Assembly: GCA_043821645.1 (NCBI GenBank)
Contig: JBDRCO010000072.1
Coordinates: 79,962-143,961 of the forward strand
Direction: 5' to 3'
Length of the DNA stretch: 64,000 nt
Source of the DNA: Pseudomonadota bacterium
GTDB taxonomy: Bacteria; Myxococcota; JACRCW01; JAFGSX01
Shown here: positions 27,939-36,640 of the stretch, piece after piece
Layout of the letters: each line of letters begins with the position of its first letter
How positions within the stretch are numbered: position 1 is the stretch's first letter
The notes under the pieces: generated by a model
Databases searched by the model: none
Told to the model about the DNA's origin: nothing
What the model saw: the letters and a program-made list of their open reading frames with translations, nothing else
Made by a program: the position numbers and the translations under genes

Positions 27939-28712
27939 ATGGATCGACGCATCCGGTTGGGCGAATTACTGCTGCGTGCGGGGCTGATCACCGAGATGCA
28001 GCTCAAGGCCGCCCTCGCGGAGCAGAAGAAGTGGGGAGGACGGCTGGGCACTATCCTCGTCAACATGAATTTCATCTCAGAGGATATCCTGGTCAAGGGC
28101 CTGGCACGCTTGCTCGAAGTGCCCCGGGCGGACTTCGAGAACATGAACGTGCCCGACGTGGTCCTGCAGCGCTTCGACCCCACCGACTGCCAGACCCGTG
28201 GCTACCTCCCGGTGCAGTACAGCCACGCAGAGAAGAAGCTCACCGTGGCATTCGTCGACGTCAACGATCTCGCCCTCGTCGACGAGCTGCGGTTCAAGCA
28301 CGGCCTCAACATTCAGCCCGCCATCACCGGCGAGCACGCCCTGCAGGCCTCGTTGCGCAGTCTTTTTTACAGCGAGGCGCTGGACGCGAGTGTCACCGGC
28401 CAGGAGCCTGGGCTCAAGCTCATCGACAGTCGCGGCGGGACCCTGGTCAAGAACCGCGCGGAGATCTTTGGCAACGAGCCTCCGCCGGCGCCGGTGGCCA
28501 CCACGGGGGTTGAGCGTGCACCCGCCGGTGTGGCCGCGGCCCTGCCGCCCCCCCCGGTGGGCGGGATCCCCGCAGGACTGCTCAACGAGCTCGAGATCGC
28601 GCAGCGGCGCCAGTCCAGAGCCATCAAGACCGTCCTGGAGCTCCTGATCGAGAAGGGAGTGATCTCTCGCGAGGAGTTCGTCGCCAGCGTCAACAAGCGC
28701 AGCGACAGTTAG
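27939..28712 (+). CDS. MshEN (T2SS GspE N-terminal) domain protein, predicted c-di-GMP receptor
   Basis: N-terminal RLGELLLRAGLITEMQLKAALAEQ fits the 24-residue MshEN motif RLGxx(L/I)(L/I)xxG(L/I)(L/I)xxxxLxxxLxxQ; followed by GGRLGTILV...ISEDILVKGLARLL second motif and remainder of a GspE_N fold; Pro/Ala-rich linker and short C-terminal helix. Confidence 0.65.
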   Translation: MDRRIRLGELLLRAGLITEMQLKAALAEQKKWGGRLGTILVNMNFISEDILVKGLARLLEVPRADFENMNVPDVVLQRFDPTDCQTRGYLPVQYSHAEKKLTVAFVDVNDLALVDELRFKHGLNIQPAITGEHALQASLRSLFYSEALDASVTGQEPGLKLIDSRGGTLVKNRAEIFGNEPPPAPVATTGVERAPAGVAAALPPPPVGGIPAGLLNELEIAQRRQSRAIKTVLELLIEKGVISREEFVASVNKRSDS

Positions 28713-28767
28713 GAGACTCAAACGGGCCGCTCGTCGATGACACGGCGGTGCGCACCCGGAGCGACTC

Positions 28768-31700
28768 ATGGCGCAGCGGAAACGTCTCGGCGACTACCTC
28801 ATCGAGGCTGGCATCATCGACCAGTTCCAGCTGCAGTCTGCGCTGGGGCATCAGAGGCAGTGGGGTGGCAAGCTCGGCCGGATCCTGGTCGAGAATCGCT
28901 TCGTCAAGGAAGACGTGATGGTGCGCGCGCTGTCCGAGCTGCTCCGCATCGATGCCGTCGAACTCTCCTTGATGACCATCCACGCCCGGGTCATCGAGCT
29001 GGTGCCCGTGGACATGGCCGAGCGCTTCGGGCTGATCCCGGTGGCACTCAAGCGCGAGAAAGCAGGCGAGTTCGTCTACATCGCCATGAGCGATCCCACC
29101 AATCTCGAGGCCGTCGACGCCATCCAGTTCAAGACCGGCAAGAAGGTCAGGTCGATGATCGCGGGGGACAGCGCGATCGATCGCGCCATCCGCCACTACT
29201 ATTACGGAGAGACCCCCCGCGAGACAGCCAGCACACCGGCCGGACAGGTCCAGTTCTCGGGCCGCGAGATCGCGCTGTCGCCTACCCATACGCCGCCTAC
29301 CCAGGCAGCGGTGCAGGCCCCTGCGGCGGCGGGCCACCCGGCGCTCGTGGTCCCTCCTCCGGCGACCTCGCAAGGTGCCATGCCGACGCCCCCTGTTCAT
29401 CCTTTCGCGGGGCAGCCCCAGCCAGCGCTCGCTCTCCCGGACGACGACGACGACATTCCTCTGATCACGGGCACTCCGGCGGGACCAGCGACGGCAGATG
29501 ACTGGTTCTTGCCTGGTGCACCCGCTCCGGCACAGGCACTCGCAACGGCTGTTTCAGCCCCACCTGTACCTGCGACGCCCGCAGTTCCCCCAGCGCTTCC
29601 CGTCGGGCCGGCCCCGCAGCAGCAGGCACCGGTGATCCTGGATGCGCGAGAATTGACGGCCGTGAATCCGCCCGAGGCGCCATTGCCGAACGCAGCGAGC
29701 GTGCTCTCTCCTTCTCAGGTGCCTCCCCCGACGCCAGTGTCGGCCTCCTCGAGTCTTTTTGGCCCGGCCGGGGGCCTCCTGGGGGGTGAGGATGCTGGAC
29801 CGGGTTTGTCGGCGCCGCGGCAGGATGTGGCATTCGGAACGCTGGAACTCCCGACACCGGGTGCTGGGACGGCTGCGACGAGACCGCCGGCGGCGAGGAC
29901 TCCGCCTGTGCAACCCGCAACCGCAGGTCCGGCCCCTGCAGGTCTGGGGCACGTCGAACCGCCGGACGCTGCCGGCACTCCAGCGGTCCTGGACAGCAAT
30001 CTTCTGCAACCCATCAAGGAACCTGCAGTCGCCAACGCTGTGCTGGGTGAGATGGAGTTTGCTGCCCCTGAAAGCCCGCCGAGCGCATCCACCGCACCGG
30101 GGCTGGAGCCTGGTGTGATCCCGGATCGATTCCCGGCGTCAGCGCCACTTCCGGAGCATCTTCTCGCCGCCTCGGGAATGGCATCCTTCGATCTGGGGCC
30201 CGGTGACGACGATCCGCTCGAATTGGACCTCCCGGGCACACCTGTCGCCACGCCGGGGCCTGCCACCTCCACCTTGACGGTGGCTCCGAACTATGAGGTT
30301 GACCTCGGACCCGAGTCCGCTGCGATTCCCCTCGACGAGGCGACATCTCCGGCCCCGCACTCCAGATCCCCTGTGTCCGACGACGGCAGTGCTGCGGCCA
30401 TGCCCGGGGCGGTCCTCGCCGCGTCGGGACTGGCAGACTTCGAACTCGACGAGGATGGCAGCAGCATCGAGCTCGACTTCGACACCCCGACCCCAGACGA
30501 CGCGCAGTCCGCGACCCCCGCGGATCCTCTGGCGAGCATGCTTCCTGTACAGCACGCGAGCGATGAGCCCCTCGAGAGCCGCACCGAGCCCGAGAGCCCT
30601 GGGGTTGACGACAGCCTGAGTTTCGTCCCCCTCGCTCCTCCCCAGCGTGTCTCCGCCGCGGCCGCCCAAGCTGCGACCATCACCCCGAGTATACCGGTGC
30701 AGGAGAACTCCTCGGCCGCCGAGACAGAGGCAGCGGTCACGGCGGACCCTGTCGACGTGCCGCCCCCGAGCGGCAGGGACCCGTCCGGGTTGGAGCTGGT
30801 CCCTCCGGTGTCCACGGCCTTCTCCTTCGAAGACCTGGATCGGCCCCCCGCCGACGCGGTTCCCCTCGGCACCGGCCCCGACCTCGAGGTGGTTCAAGCC
30901 GAGGAGATTAAGCGGCTGGACGCTCCGAGCCACAGTCCTCAGCTGGAGACGATCCCAGCCCAGGCTGACGATTCACCGGACGCCTCTCTGCGGGAGAAGA
31001 CAGAGACCCCAGCGGCGGTCGAAGATCCGCCCCTGCCAGACCTCCCGATGGAGGTCTTCAGCGATGTCGTCGACGTGGACGCACCGCCAGTGCTGGTCAC
31101 CCCTGCACGTCTGGCGGATCCCGCGGTCGAGACCCCAGCCCCGCCGCTGCCAGAGCGCACAACCGCTCCGGAGGTGGAAGGAGCACAGGCACCTCGACGC
31201 CCGCTGCCGCCAGACCCTGTGGCGGAGGCCTCGCTGGTCGCACTCGAGGACGGAGCCAGCGACGATCTCAGCGACCTCGACTTCTCGCTCGACATCGAGG
31301 ACCCACCTCCACCCCTGGCTGCGCGTGTGCCGAAAGAGCTGCAGGCCACCGAGGAACCCGCGGTACACGAAGGGGCCGCGTCCTCCGAGCAAGCACCTCC
31401 ACTCGAACTCAGCCCCACCACCCCGGCACTCATGACCGGGGGCAGCCCGGATATCGAACCGGGACAGGGCGTGAGCGACGATCTTTTGATCCCCGAAGTG
31501 CCTGCGCAGGACCTGGCCGAGGACACCGAGGACAGCACCGTCACCGATGGTGACGAACACGCGACGATGCACGATCCCGCGTCTGATACCCAGGCACCCC
31601 AGGAGCAAAGCCCGATGTCCGGCCTGGAGCGCACGATCGAAGACGCAGCGCCACAGGACACGGAACCAGCCAGCCCAGGCGTCTCCGCTCCACCCAGCGC

Positions 31701-33006
31701 ACTCACTCCCGTCGACACCCAGACCATGGATCTGGCCCAGGGGGCCTTTGACCCGTCGAACTGGAGTCTGGATGCCTTCCCCGAATCGCTCCCAGCAGCA
31801 TCGGTGGCAGCCCCTGCACCGATCGAGGACAAATTCGCCGAGCCTGCCGGCGCGATGCCGGGCCCGGAGGATCAGGACTTCGAATCCATCGTCGACTTCT
31901 CGGAGTCAGACTTTCCGAGCGAGGCCCAGAGTCAGGACGCCGTGCTGGGAGAGGAGGATGAGGACGTCGATTCCATCATCGATTTCAAGGAATCGGACTC
32001 CCCGCGCGAGGTCCAGGGTCCGGAGACCGCGCCGGGACCGGAAGCGGACGAGTTCGTGTCCATCCTTGACTTCTCGGAGTCGGACTCCCCGCGCGAGGCC
32101 CAGAGTCCGGAGCCCAGTGCTCCCGTCGCTGACGCTCCAGCCTCCGATGGTCCGATGCCGGCGACGATCGGCCGCGTGGAAGGTGAACCGAACGCGGCTT
32201 CCGTCTCCGATGATGAAGAAGCCTCGGACCTGGACCTGGGCGAGGATCTGCCAAACTCCGAGCCCATCTCGCTGCTACCTCCACCACCCAACTTCTCCTC
32301 GGCCTCCGCCCTGCTCTCCGCACTGGACCAGGGAGAGGATCTCCCCGACCTCGAGCAGCCAGACGCCTGGATAGATGCACCGGCGGCACCGATCGCGCGG
32401 GACCCGTCCGAGGCCTCCCTGGCCCGGTTCCACGACGACGCCGACCCGAGCGATGCGCTCGACCTCCCATTTGACGCGGAGCAGGCACCCTCGCCCGCTC
32501 CCAGTGCCACGACAGTCCTGGATGAGCCGCCATCCTCCAGCCACCCGATCGAGGATCTGAGCTCGGCCCTCGACGTGGCTTTCCCGGACCTCACCCTCGA
32601 TCCCCCGACGGAAGACAGCGTGCCACCGTCTCTCCCGGCAGCTGGGAGTCGGCTGCCAGAGGTCGCCCTGGACGCGCTCGGGGATGACATCGACGCGGTC
32701 GCGACGGAATTTCAGCTCGACCCACCGGCGAGCGAGCCCGCGATGACCCTGTCTGGATCTGACGTCGCGGTGCTACCCGAACTCCAGCTCGAGGGCCCGG
32801 AGCTGGCAGACGAATCCTTGACGGCCTCAGCGTCAGGGCCAGCCACCGAGAAGACGACGACACATCCGGTCCTGGCACCCGATGTGGAGGCTCTGCTCGA
32901 CAATATCGATGCCGCCAAGATGCCCGCGGTCCTCAAGCTGCTGCTGGAAAAGGGTCTGCTCTCCCTCGAGGACATCGAGGCGACCCTGGGCAAGAAGAAG
33001 GACTGA
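28768..33006 (+). CDS. Giant MshEN-domain protein with about 1200-aa acidic Pro/Ala/Glu/Asp-rich low-complexity region
   Basis: N-terminal RLGDYLIEAGIIDQFQLQSALGHQ (MshEN motif) and full GspE_N-like domain (about 155 aa); then continuous low-complexity P/A/E/D/S-rich sequence to near the C-terminus, ending in a conserved-looking helix MPAVLKLLLEKGLLSLEDIEATLGKKKD. Confidence 0.65.
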   Translation: MAQRKRLGDYLIEAGIIDQFQLQSALGHQRQWGGKLGRILVENRFVKEDVMVRALSELLRIDAVELSLMTIHARVIELVPVDMAERFGLIPVALKREKAGEFVYIAMSDPTNLEAVDAIQFKTGKKVRSMIAGDSAIDRAIRHYYYGETPRETASTPAGQVQFSGREIALSPTHTPPTQAAVQAPAAAGHPALVVPPPATSQGAMPTPPVHPFAGQPQPALALPDDDDDIPLITGTPAGPATADDWFLPGAPAPAQALATAVSAPPVPATPAVPPALPVGPAPQQQAPVILDARELTAVNPPEAPLPNAASVLSPSQVPPPTPVSASSSLFGPAGGLLGGEDAGPGLSAPRQDVAFGTLELPTPGAGTAATRPPAARTPPVQPATAGPAPAGLGHVEPPDAAGTPAVLDSNLLQPIKEPAVANAVLGEMEFAAPESPPSASTAPGLEPGVIPDRFPASAPLPEHLLAASGMASFDLGPGDDDPLELDLPGTPVATPGPATSTLTVAPNYEVDLGPESAAIPLDEATSPAPHSRSPVSDDGSAAAMPGAVLAASGLADFELDEDGSSIELDFDTPTPDDAQSATPADPLASMLPVQHASDEPLESRTEPESPGVDDSLSFVPLAPPQRVSAAAAQAATITPSIPVQENSSAAETEAAVTADPVDVPPPSGRDPSGLELVPPVSTAFSFEDLDRPPADAVPLGTGPDLEVVQAEEIKRLDAPSHSPQLETIPAQADDSPDASLREKTETPAAVEDPPLPDLPMEVFSDVVDVDAPPVLVTPARLADPAVETPAPPLPERTTAPEVEGAQAPRRPLPPDPVAEASLVALEDGASDDLSDLDFSLDIEDPPPPLAARVPKELQATEEPAVHEGAASSEQAPPLELSPTTPALMTGGSPDIEPGQGVSDDLLIPEVPAQDLAEDTEDSTVTDGDEHATMHDPASDTQAPQEQSPMSGLERTIEDAAPQDTEPASPGVSAPPSALTPVDTQTMDLAQGAFDPSNWSLDAFPESLPAASVAAPAPIEDKFAEPAGAMPGPEDQDFESIVDFSESDFPSEAQSQDAVLGEEDEDVDSIIDFKESDSPREVQGPETAPGPEADEFVSILDFSESDSPREAQSPEPSAPVADAPASDGPMPATIGRVEGEPNAASVSDDEEASDLDLGEDLPNSEPISLLPPPPNFSSASALLSALDQGEDLPDLEQPDAWIDAPAAPIARDPSEASLARFHDDADPSDALDLPFDAEQAPSPAPSATTVLDEPPSSSHPIEDLSSALDVAFPDLTLDPPTEDSVPPSLPAAGSRLPEVALDALGDDIDAVATEFQLDPPASEPAMTLSGSDVAVLPELQLEGPELADESLTASASGPATEKTTTHPVLAPDVEALLDNIDAAKMPAVLKLLLEKGLLSLEDIEATLGKKKD
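31876..32115 (+). repeat. Three tandem about 75-bp coding repeats inside the giant gene
   Basis: Peptide units ESIVDFSESDFPSEAQSQD / DSIIDFKESDSPREVQGPE / VSILDFSESDSPREAQSPE; DNA units share ...gacttctcggagtc(a/g)gact(tt/cc)cc...gaggcccagagtc.... Confidence 0.5.
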
Positions 33007-33040
33007 TCCCCCACGCGGCACCATCGTCGGGACGCTCGGC

Positions 33041-33409
33041 TCAGTCTTCTCCGCGCGCTGCCACGATGGTGTCAATGAGCTGTCGGCTCTCGTCGTCGAG
33101 GCTGAGGAACTCGATACCCATGCCTGGCACCTGATCGGCACTCGCCTGGGCGCTGGCCCACACGACGCGACCGATGCCCTCGATGAGAGGCATCCCATCT
33201 GCCAGGGCAAAGCGCAGGTAGATGGTCGAGCCGATCGCATGCGGCGAATCGGTGCGCAGGAACAGTCCCCCGGCCGACAGGTCGGTCGCGATCTCTTCCA
33301 TGAAGGCTTCGAGGGTCTCGAAGCGGTGCTGAACCAGGAGGTTGAGCGGGACGCGACGGTGGCGACGCCGGTCCTTCGGATCAGACGATGCCCCATGCGG
33401 CTTTGCCAT
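33041..33409 (-). CDS. Single-domain PilZ protein, predicted c-di-GMP receptor
   Basis: C-terminal 122 codons of track ORF 33041..34276; start MAKPHG (ATG 33409); RxxxR motif (DRRRHRRV) followed about 25 aa later by DxSxxG (DLSAGG). Confidence 0.65.
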   Translation of the reverse strand: MAKPHGASSDPKDRRRHRRVPLNLLVQHRFETLEAFMEEIATDLSAGGLFLRTDSPHAIGSTIYLRFALADGMPLIEGIGRVVWASAQASADQVPGMGIEFLSLDDESRQLIDTIVAARGED

Positions 33410-33463
33410 CCCTGACCTCCCTGTGCCTGGCGTGCTGCATGAGTCTAGCGCGAATTCAGTTCG

Positions 33464-33498
33464 GGTAAAAAAGAAGACGCTCGCGCGCCAGGTGCCGG
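33464..33498 (-). terminator. Candidate intrinsic terminator after the metallophosphoesterase-like gene
   Basis: On the minus strand a GC-rich segment (ggcgcgcgagcg) is followed by a U-rich run (ucuucuuuuuua); stem is imperfect. Confidence 0.25.
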
Positions 33499-33500
33499 GC

Positions 33501-34565
33501 TCAGGGCTGCAGGGCCGCACGCTGGGCTGCCACCTCCGGGTCATCGGGAAGCCGGGCATCGAGCTCAAGCAGCCGGTAGCGGTAGCGGGTCTTGCCACGC
33601 TGTCTCTCGAGCCAGGCGGCAGTCTCCGCCTGCTCTGCGCGCGCCTGTGCATCCTCGGGCCTGCGCACGAGTCTCTGCACCGCCAGCTCCCGGCGCTCCC
33701 GCGCGTCCTCGGTGACGGCCCCGCCACGCCAGGTGGCGTCACCCCGAACAGCCCACACCTCGAACTGGACGAGGTAGTGACCTTGCTGGCCGGCGGCCAC
33801 CACGGGCACGCTGCTGCCGTCCCTCTCCGGGTGCTGGCCAGGCCGGGCCTCCTCGCGAGGCAGAAAAGAAACCAGCCCACGCTGGGCGACCAGCACCACC
33901 GACACCTGTGGCAACCCCTGCGCCAGCCTGGCCGCGGCGTCGGAGGACATGCGTGCCACCAGCACCACATGATCACCGGGCCGGGCCACCTTCGCCAGCA
34001 CCCCGCGCAGCGCAGGCAGGGCGGGTGTCGGGTCCAGGCCCGTCGCGGGTGGCCAGTTGGCCGGATCCAGCGCACTGACGACGACGATACGCTGCCCACC
34101 GAGCTGCCGCACCACGTGGCTCTGGTAGGCCGGTCGGCGATCCGCGACCCGCACCAGGTTGCTGGCCACCACGGGGAGCTTGTACGCGCGCACCAGCTCG
34201 TCGAAGCGCGCAAGCCCCAGGCCGAGGTCACCCGGCCCGGGTACCAGCGCATCCAGCTCAGCCCTGTGGAGAGCACTTGCGATCACACGTGCCCGCGCCA
34301 GCGCAAGGACGCCATTGTCCCCTGGCGACGCCGCCTCGTCGAAGAAGCTGTTACCACCCTCGATGTGGAGCACGGGTCCGCGCTCCCGCAGTGCCCGGAT
34401 CGTTCCCACCTGCCTGGCCAGACCGCCAAGCGGACCACTGGGTCAGCCACAGGGGTCGAGGGCCCCCTCCCGGTCGTGGGCATAAAGCACCGTGAAGCTC
34501 ACGGGCTCGTCGTCGAGGTTGGCGGCGCAGAGCAGGACAGACGCCACCACGGCCAGGGCGTGCAT
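33501..34565 (-). pseudogene. Metallophosphoesterase/5-prime-nucleotidase-like gene interrupted by in-frame TGA, catalytic motifs degenerate
   Basis: Signal peptide + FTVLYAHDREGALDPCG (ORF 34443..34706, start ATG 34565) is in the same frame as ORF 33501..34409 but separated by TGA at 34443-34445; downstream sequence continues ...PSGPLGGLARQVGTIRAL...; expected GDxxD/GNHE metal ligands are replaced (LHIEGGNSFF, PGPGDLGLG). Confidence 0.4.
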
Positions 34566-34572
34566 GCTTCGC

Positions 34573-35889
34573 TCAGCCCGTGATCTCGGCGTTGCCTGGG
34601 CGGATGGCCTGCGGCCCGAAGGGGCAGCGTTGGAGCCGGATGTGCTCCTCGAACTCGTGCCGGAACTTCTTGACGAAGGCTCGGGCCGGGATCGCGGCCG
34701 CGTCACCCAGCGGGCAGATGGTGTTGCCGAGGATGTTGGCGGCGACCTCGTCGAACAGCGTGATGTCCTCGCTGCTTCCGTGGCCCTGCTCGACCCGGGT
34801 CGCCATCTTGGCGATCCAGTGCGTGCCCTCGCGGCAGGGCGTGCACTGCCCGCAGGACTCGTGGGCGTAGAAGCGCATCAGCCGGGCGGTCAGGCGCACC
34901 GTGCAGGTACTCTCGTCGAGGACCGCGGCACAGCCTGTGCCCAGCATGGTGCCCGCCTTCGACATGGCATCAAAAGTGAGAGGCACATCGATCTCGTCTG
35001 GAAGCAGCACCGGTGTCGACGAACCGCCGGGGATCACACCCTTGAGCGCCTTGCCATCGCGCAGACCCCCGCCATGCTCGAAGATCAGTTCCTTGAGCGA
35101 GATGCCCTGGGGGAGTTCCCACAGACCGGGCCTCGCCACGTGGCCAGAGGCGCCGTACAGCTTGGTGCCCACACCGCCGTTGACGCCCAGGCTCTTCCAG
35201 GCGTCGGCACCACGCTCGAGGATGTGCGGCACCTGGGCCAGGGTCTCGACGTTATTGACGATGGTGGGCTGGCCAAACACGCCGACCACTGCGGGAAACG
35301 GAGGCTTGAGACGCGGCTTGCCCGGTTTCCCTTCGATGGACTCGATGAGCGCGGTCTCCTCGCCACAGACGTAAGCGCCTGCACCACGATGCACGAAGAC
35401 GTCGAGGTCGAAACCTTTACCCAGGATGTTCTTGCCCAGATAGTGCGCGTCCACGGCCTCGGCGATGGCCTGCTCCAGGCGTCGGGCGATGGCGTGAAAC
35501 TCGCCGCGAATATAGATGTAGGCCGTATGGGCGCCGATGGCATGGCAGGCGATCGCGATGCCCTCGAGCATCATGTGGGGATCGCGGTCCATGATGTAAC
35601 GATCTTTGTATGTGCCCGGCTCACCCTCGTCAGCGTTGATGCACAGGTAGCGGGGACCGGGCTTGTCCTTGGGCACGAAGCTCCACTTCATGCCCGTCGA
35701 GAAGCCGGCGCCGCCCATGCCGCGCAGTCCTGACTTCTTGACCTCCTCGATGAGGTCGCCCGGAGCCATGGCCAGGGCCTTTGCCAGCGACGTGTAGCCG
35801 CCACCCTGCAGGTAGGTCTTGAGCGTGTGGCTCTCGGGCTTGCCCCAGTTGCGCGACAGCAGTCGCTCGCCCATTGCGTACCTCGTCAT
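34573..35889 (-). CDS. nuoF: NADH-quinone oxidoreductase subunit F (51 kDa flavoprotein)
   Basis: Full-length NuoF-like sequence: YLCINADEGEPGTYKDRYIM, GAGAYVCGEETALIESIEGK, 4Fe-4S ligands ESCGQCTPCREG. Confidence 0.8.
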   Translation of the reverse strand: MTRYAMGERLLSRNWGKPESHTLKTYLQGGGYTSLAKALAMAPGDLIEEVKKSGLRGMGGAGFSTGMKWSFVPKDKPGPRYLCINADEGEPGTYKDRYIMDRDPHMMLEGIAIACHAIGAHTAYIYIRGEFHAIARRLEQAIAEAVDAHYLGKNILGKGFDLDVFVHRGAGAYVCGEETALIESIEGKPGKPRLKPPFPAVVGVFGQPTIVNNVETLAQVPHILERGADAWKSLGVNGGVGTKLYGASGHVARPGLWELPQGISLKELIFEHGGGLRDGKALKGVIPGGSSTPVLLPDEIDVPLTFDAMSKAGTMLGTGCAAVLDESTCTVRLTARLMRFYAHESCGQCTPCREGTHWIAKMATRVEQGHGSSEDITLFDEVAANILGNTICPLGDAAAIPARAFVKKFRHEFEEHIRLQRCPFGPQAIRPGNAEITG

Positions 35890-35916
35890 CGCGGCTGTCG
35901 GTTCGCCCGGTCCGCG

Positions 35917-36384
35917 TCAGTCGGCGGCCCGCAGCACCGCCGCCACCTTCTCAGGGGTCATGTTCTCGTGAAAATCGCCGTCCACCTGCAGGGCAGGCGC
36001 CGTGCCACAGGAGCCCAGGCACTCGACCTCGTGAACGGTGAAACGGCCGTCGGCGGTGGTCTCTCCCGGCTTGACGCCGAGTTCGTGGCACACGCTGTCG
36101 AGCAGTTCCTGACCGCCGGTGAGGTGGCAGGACAGGTTGGTGCAGATCTCGACCAGGTGCTTTCCGACGGGGTGCTTGTGGTACATGGTGTACCAGGTCG
36201 CCACCTCGCGCACCCGGATCTCGTCGAGCTCGAGCAGCGCCGCCACCTCGCGCACGCCCTCGTCGTCGACCAGCTCGCGCTCACGCTGCACCACGTAAAG
36301 CGCGGGCAGGGTGGCTGCCGCCCGATCCGGGTAGCGTGTCTTGAGGGATGCGATCTCCTTCTTGGATGCCTCGCTCAGAGCCAT
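35917..36384 (-). CDS. nuoE: NADH-quinone oxidoreductase subunit E (24 kDa, 2Fe-2S)
   Basis: Thioredoxin-like 2Fe-2S pattern CTNLSCHLTGG ... ECLGSCGTAP; immediately upstream of nuoF on the same strand. Confidence 0.75.
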   Translation of the reverse strand: MALSEASKKEIASLKTRYPDRAAATLPALYVVQRERELVDDEGVREVAALLELDEIRVREVATWYTMYHKHPVGKHLVEICTNLSCHLTGGQELLDSVCHELGVKPGETTADGRFTVHEVECLGSCGTAPALQVDGDFHENMTPEKVAAVLRAAD

Positions 36385-36640
36385 GCCGCGTACCTCGTTG
36401 GTTCATCGCTGGGGACGTCCTGCGTCCCCGCTGGCGCCCGACCCACAGCCGCCGACGCCTTCACCCTGGTCGCACGTTCCCGCGATGGGATCTGCGTGCC
36501 GCAGTGCACCATGGGCGAAGCGACCGTAGGAGAGGGCAGGTCACAAGTCAAGGTGAGCCTGCGTCGTCACTGCCTTTCCTGGGCAGCCCAACGAAGCTCG
36601 CGCTCGGACCTGGAACGGAGGGCAGGAAAGGGGACGCGCC

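Noticed and set aside
33410-34276. N-terminal 289 codons of track ORF 33041..34276
   Set aside because: Only the last 122 codons form a PilZ domain; the upstream part is an out-of-frame read through the metallophosphoesterase-like gene on the same strand.
36576-36632. Inverted repeat cctttcctg ... caggaaagg below the lipoprotein gene stop
   Set aside because: Arms are separated by about 40 nt with no U-tract, so an intrinsic terminator call is not supported.
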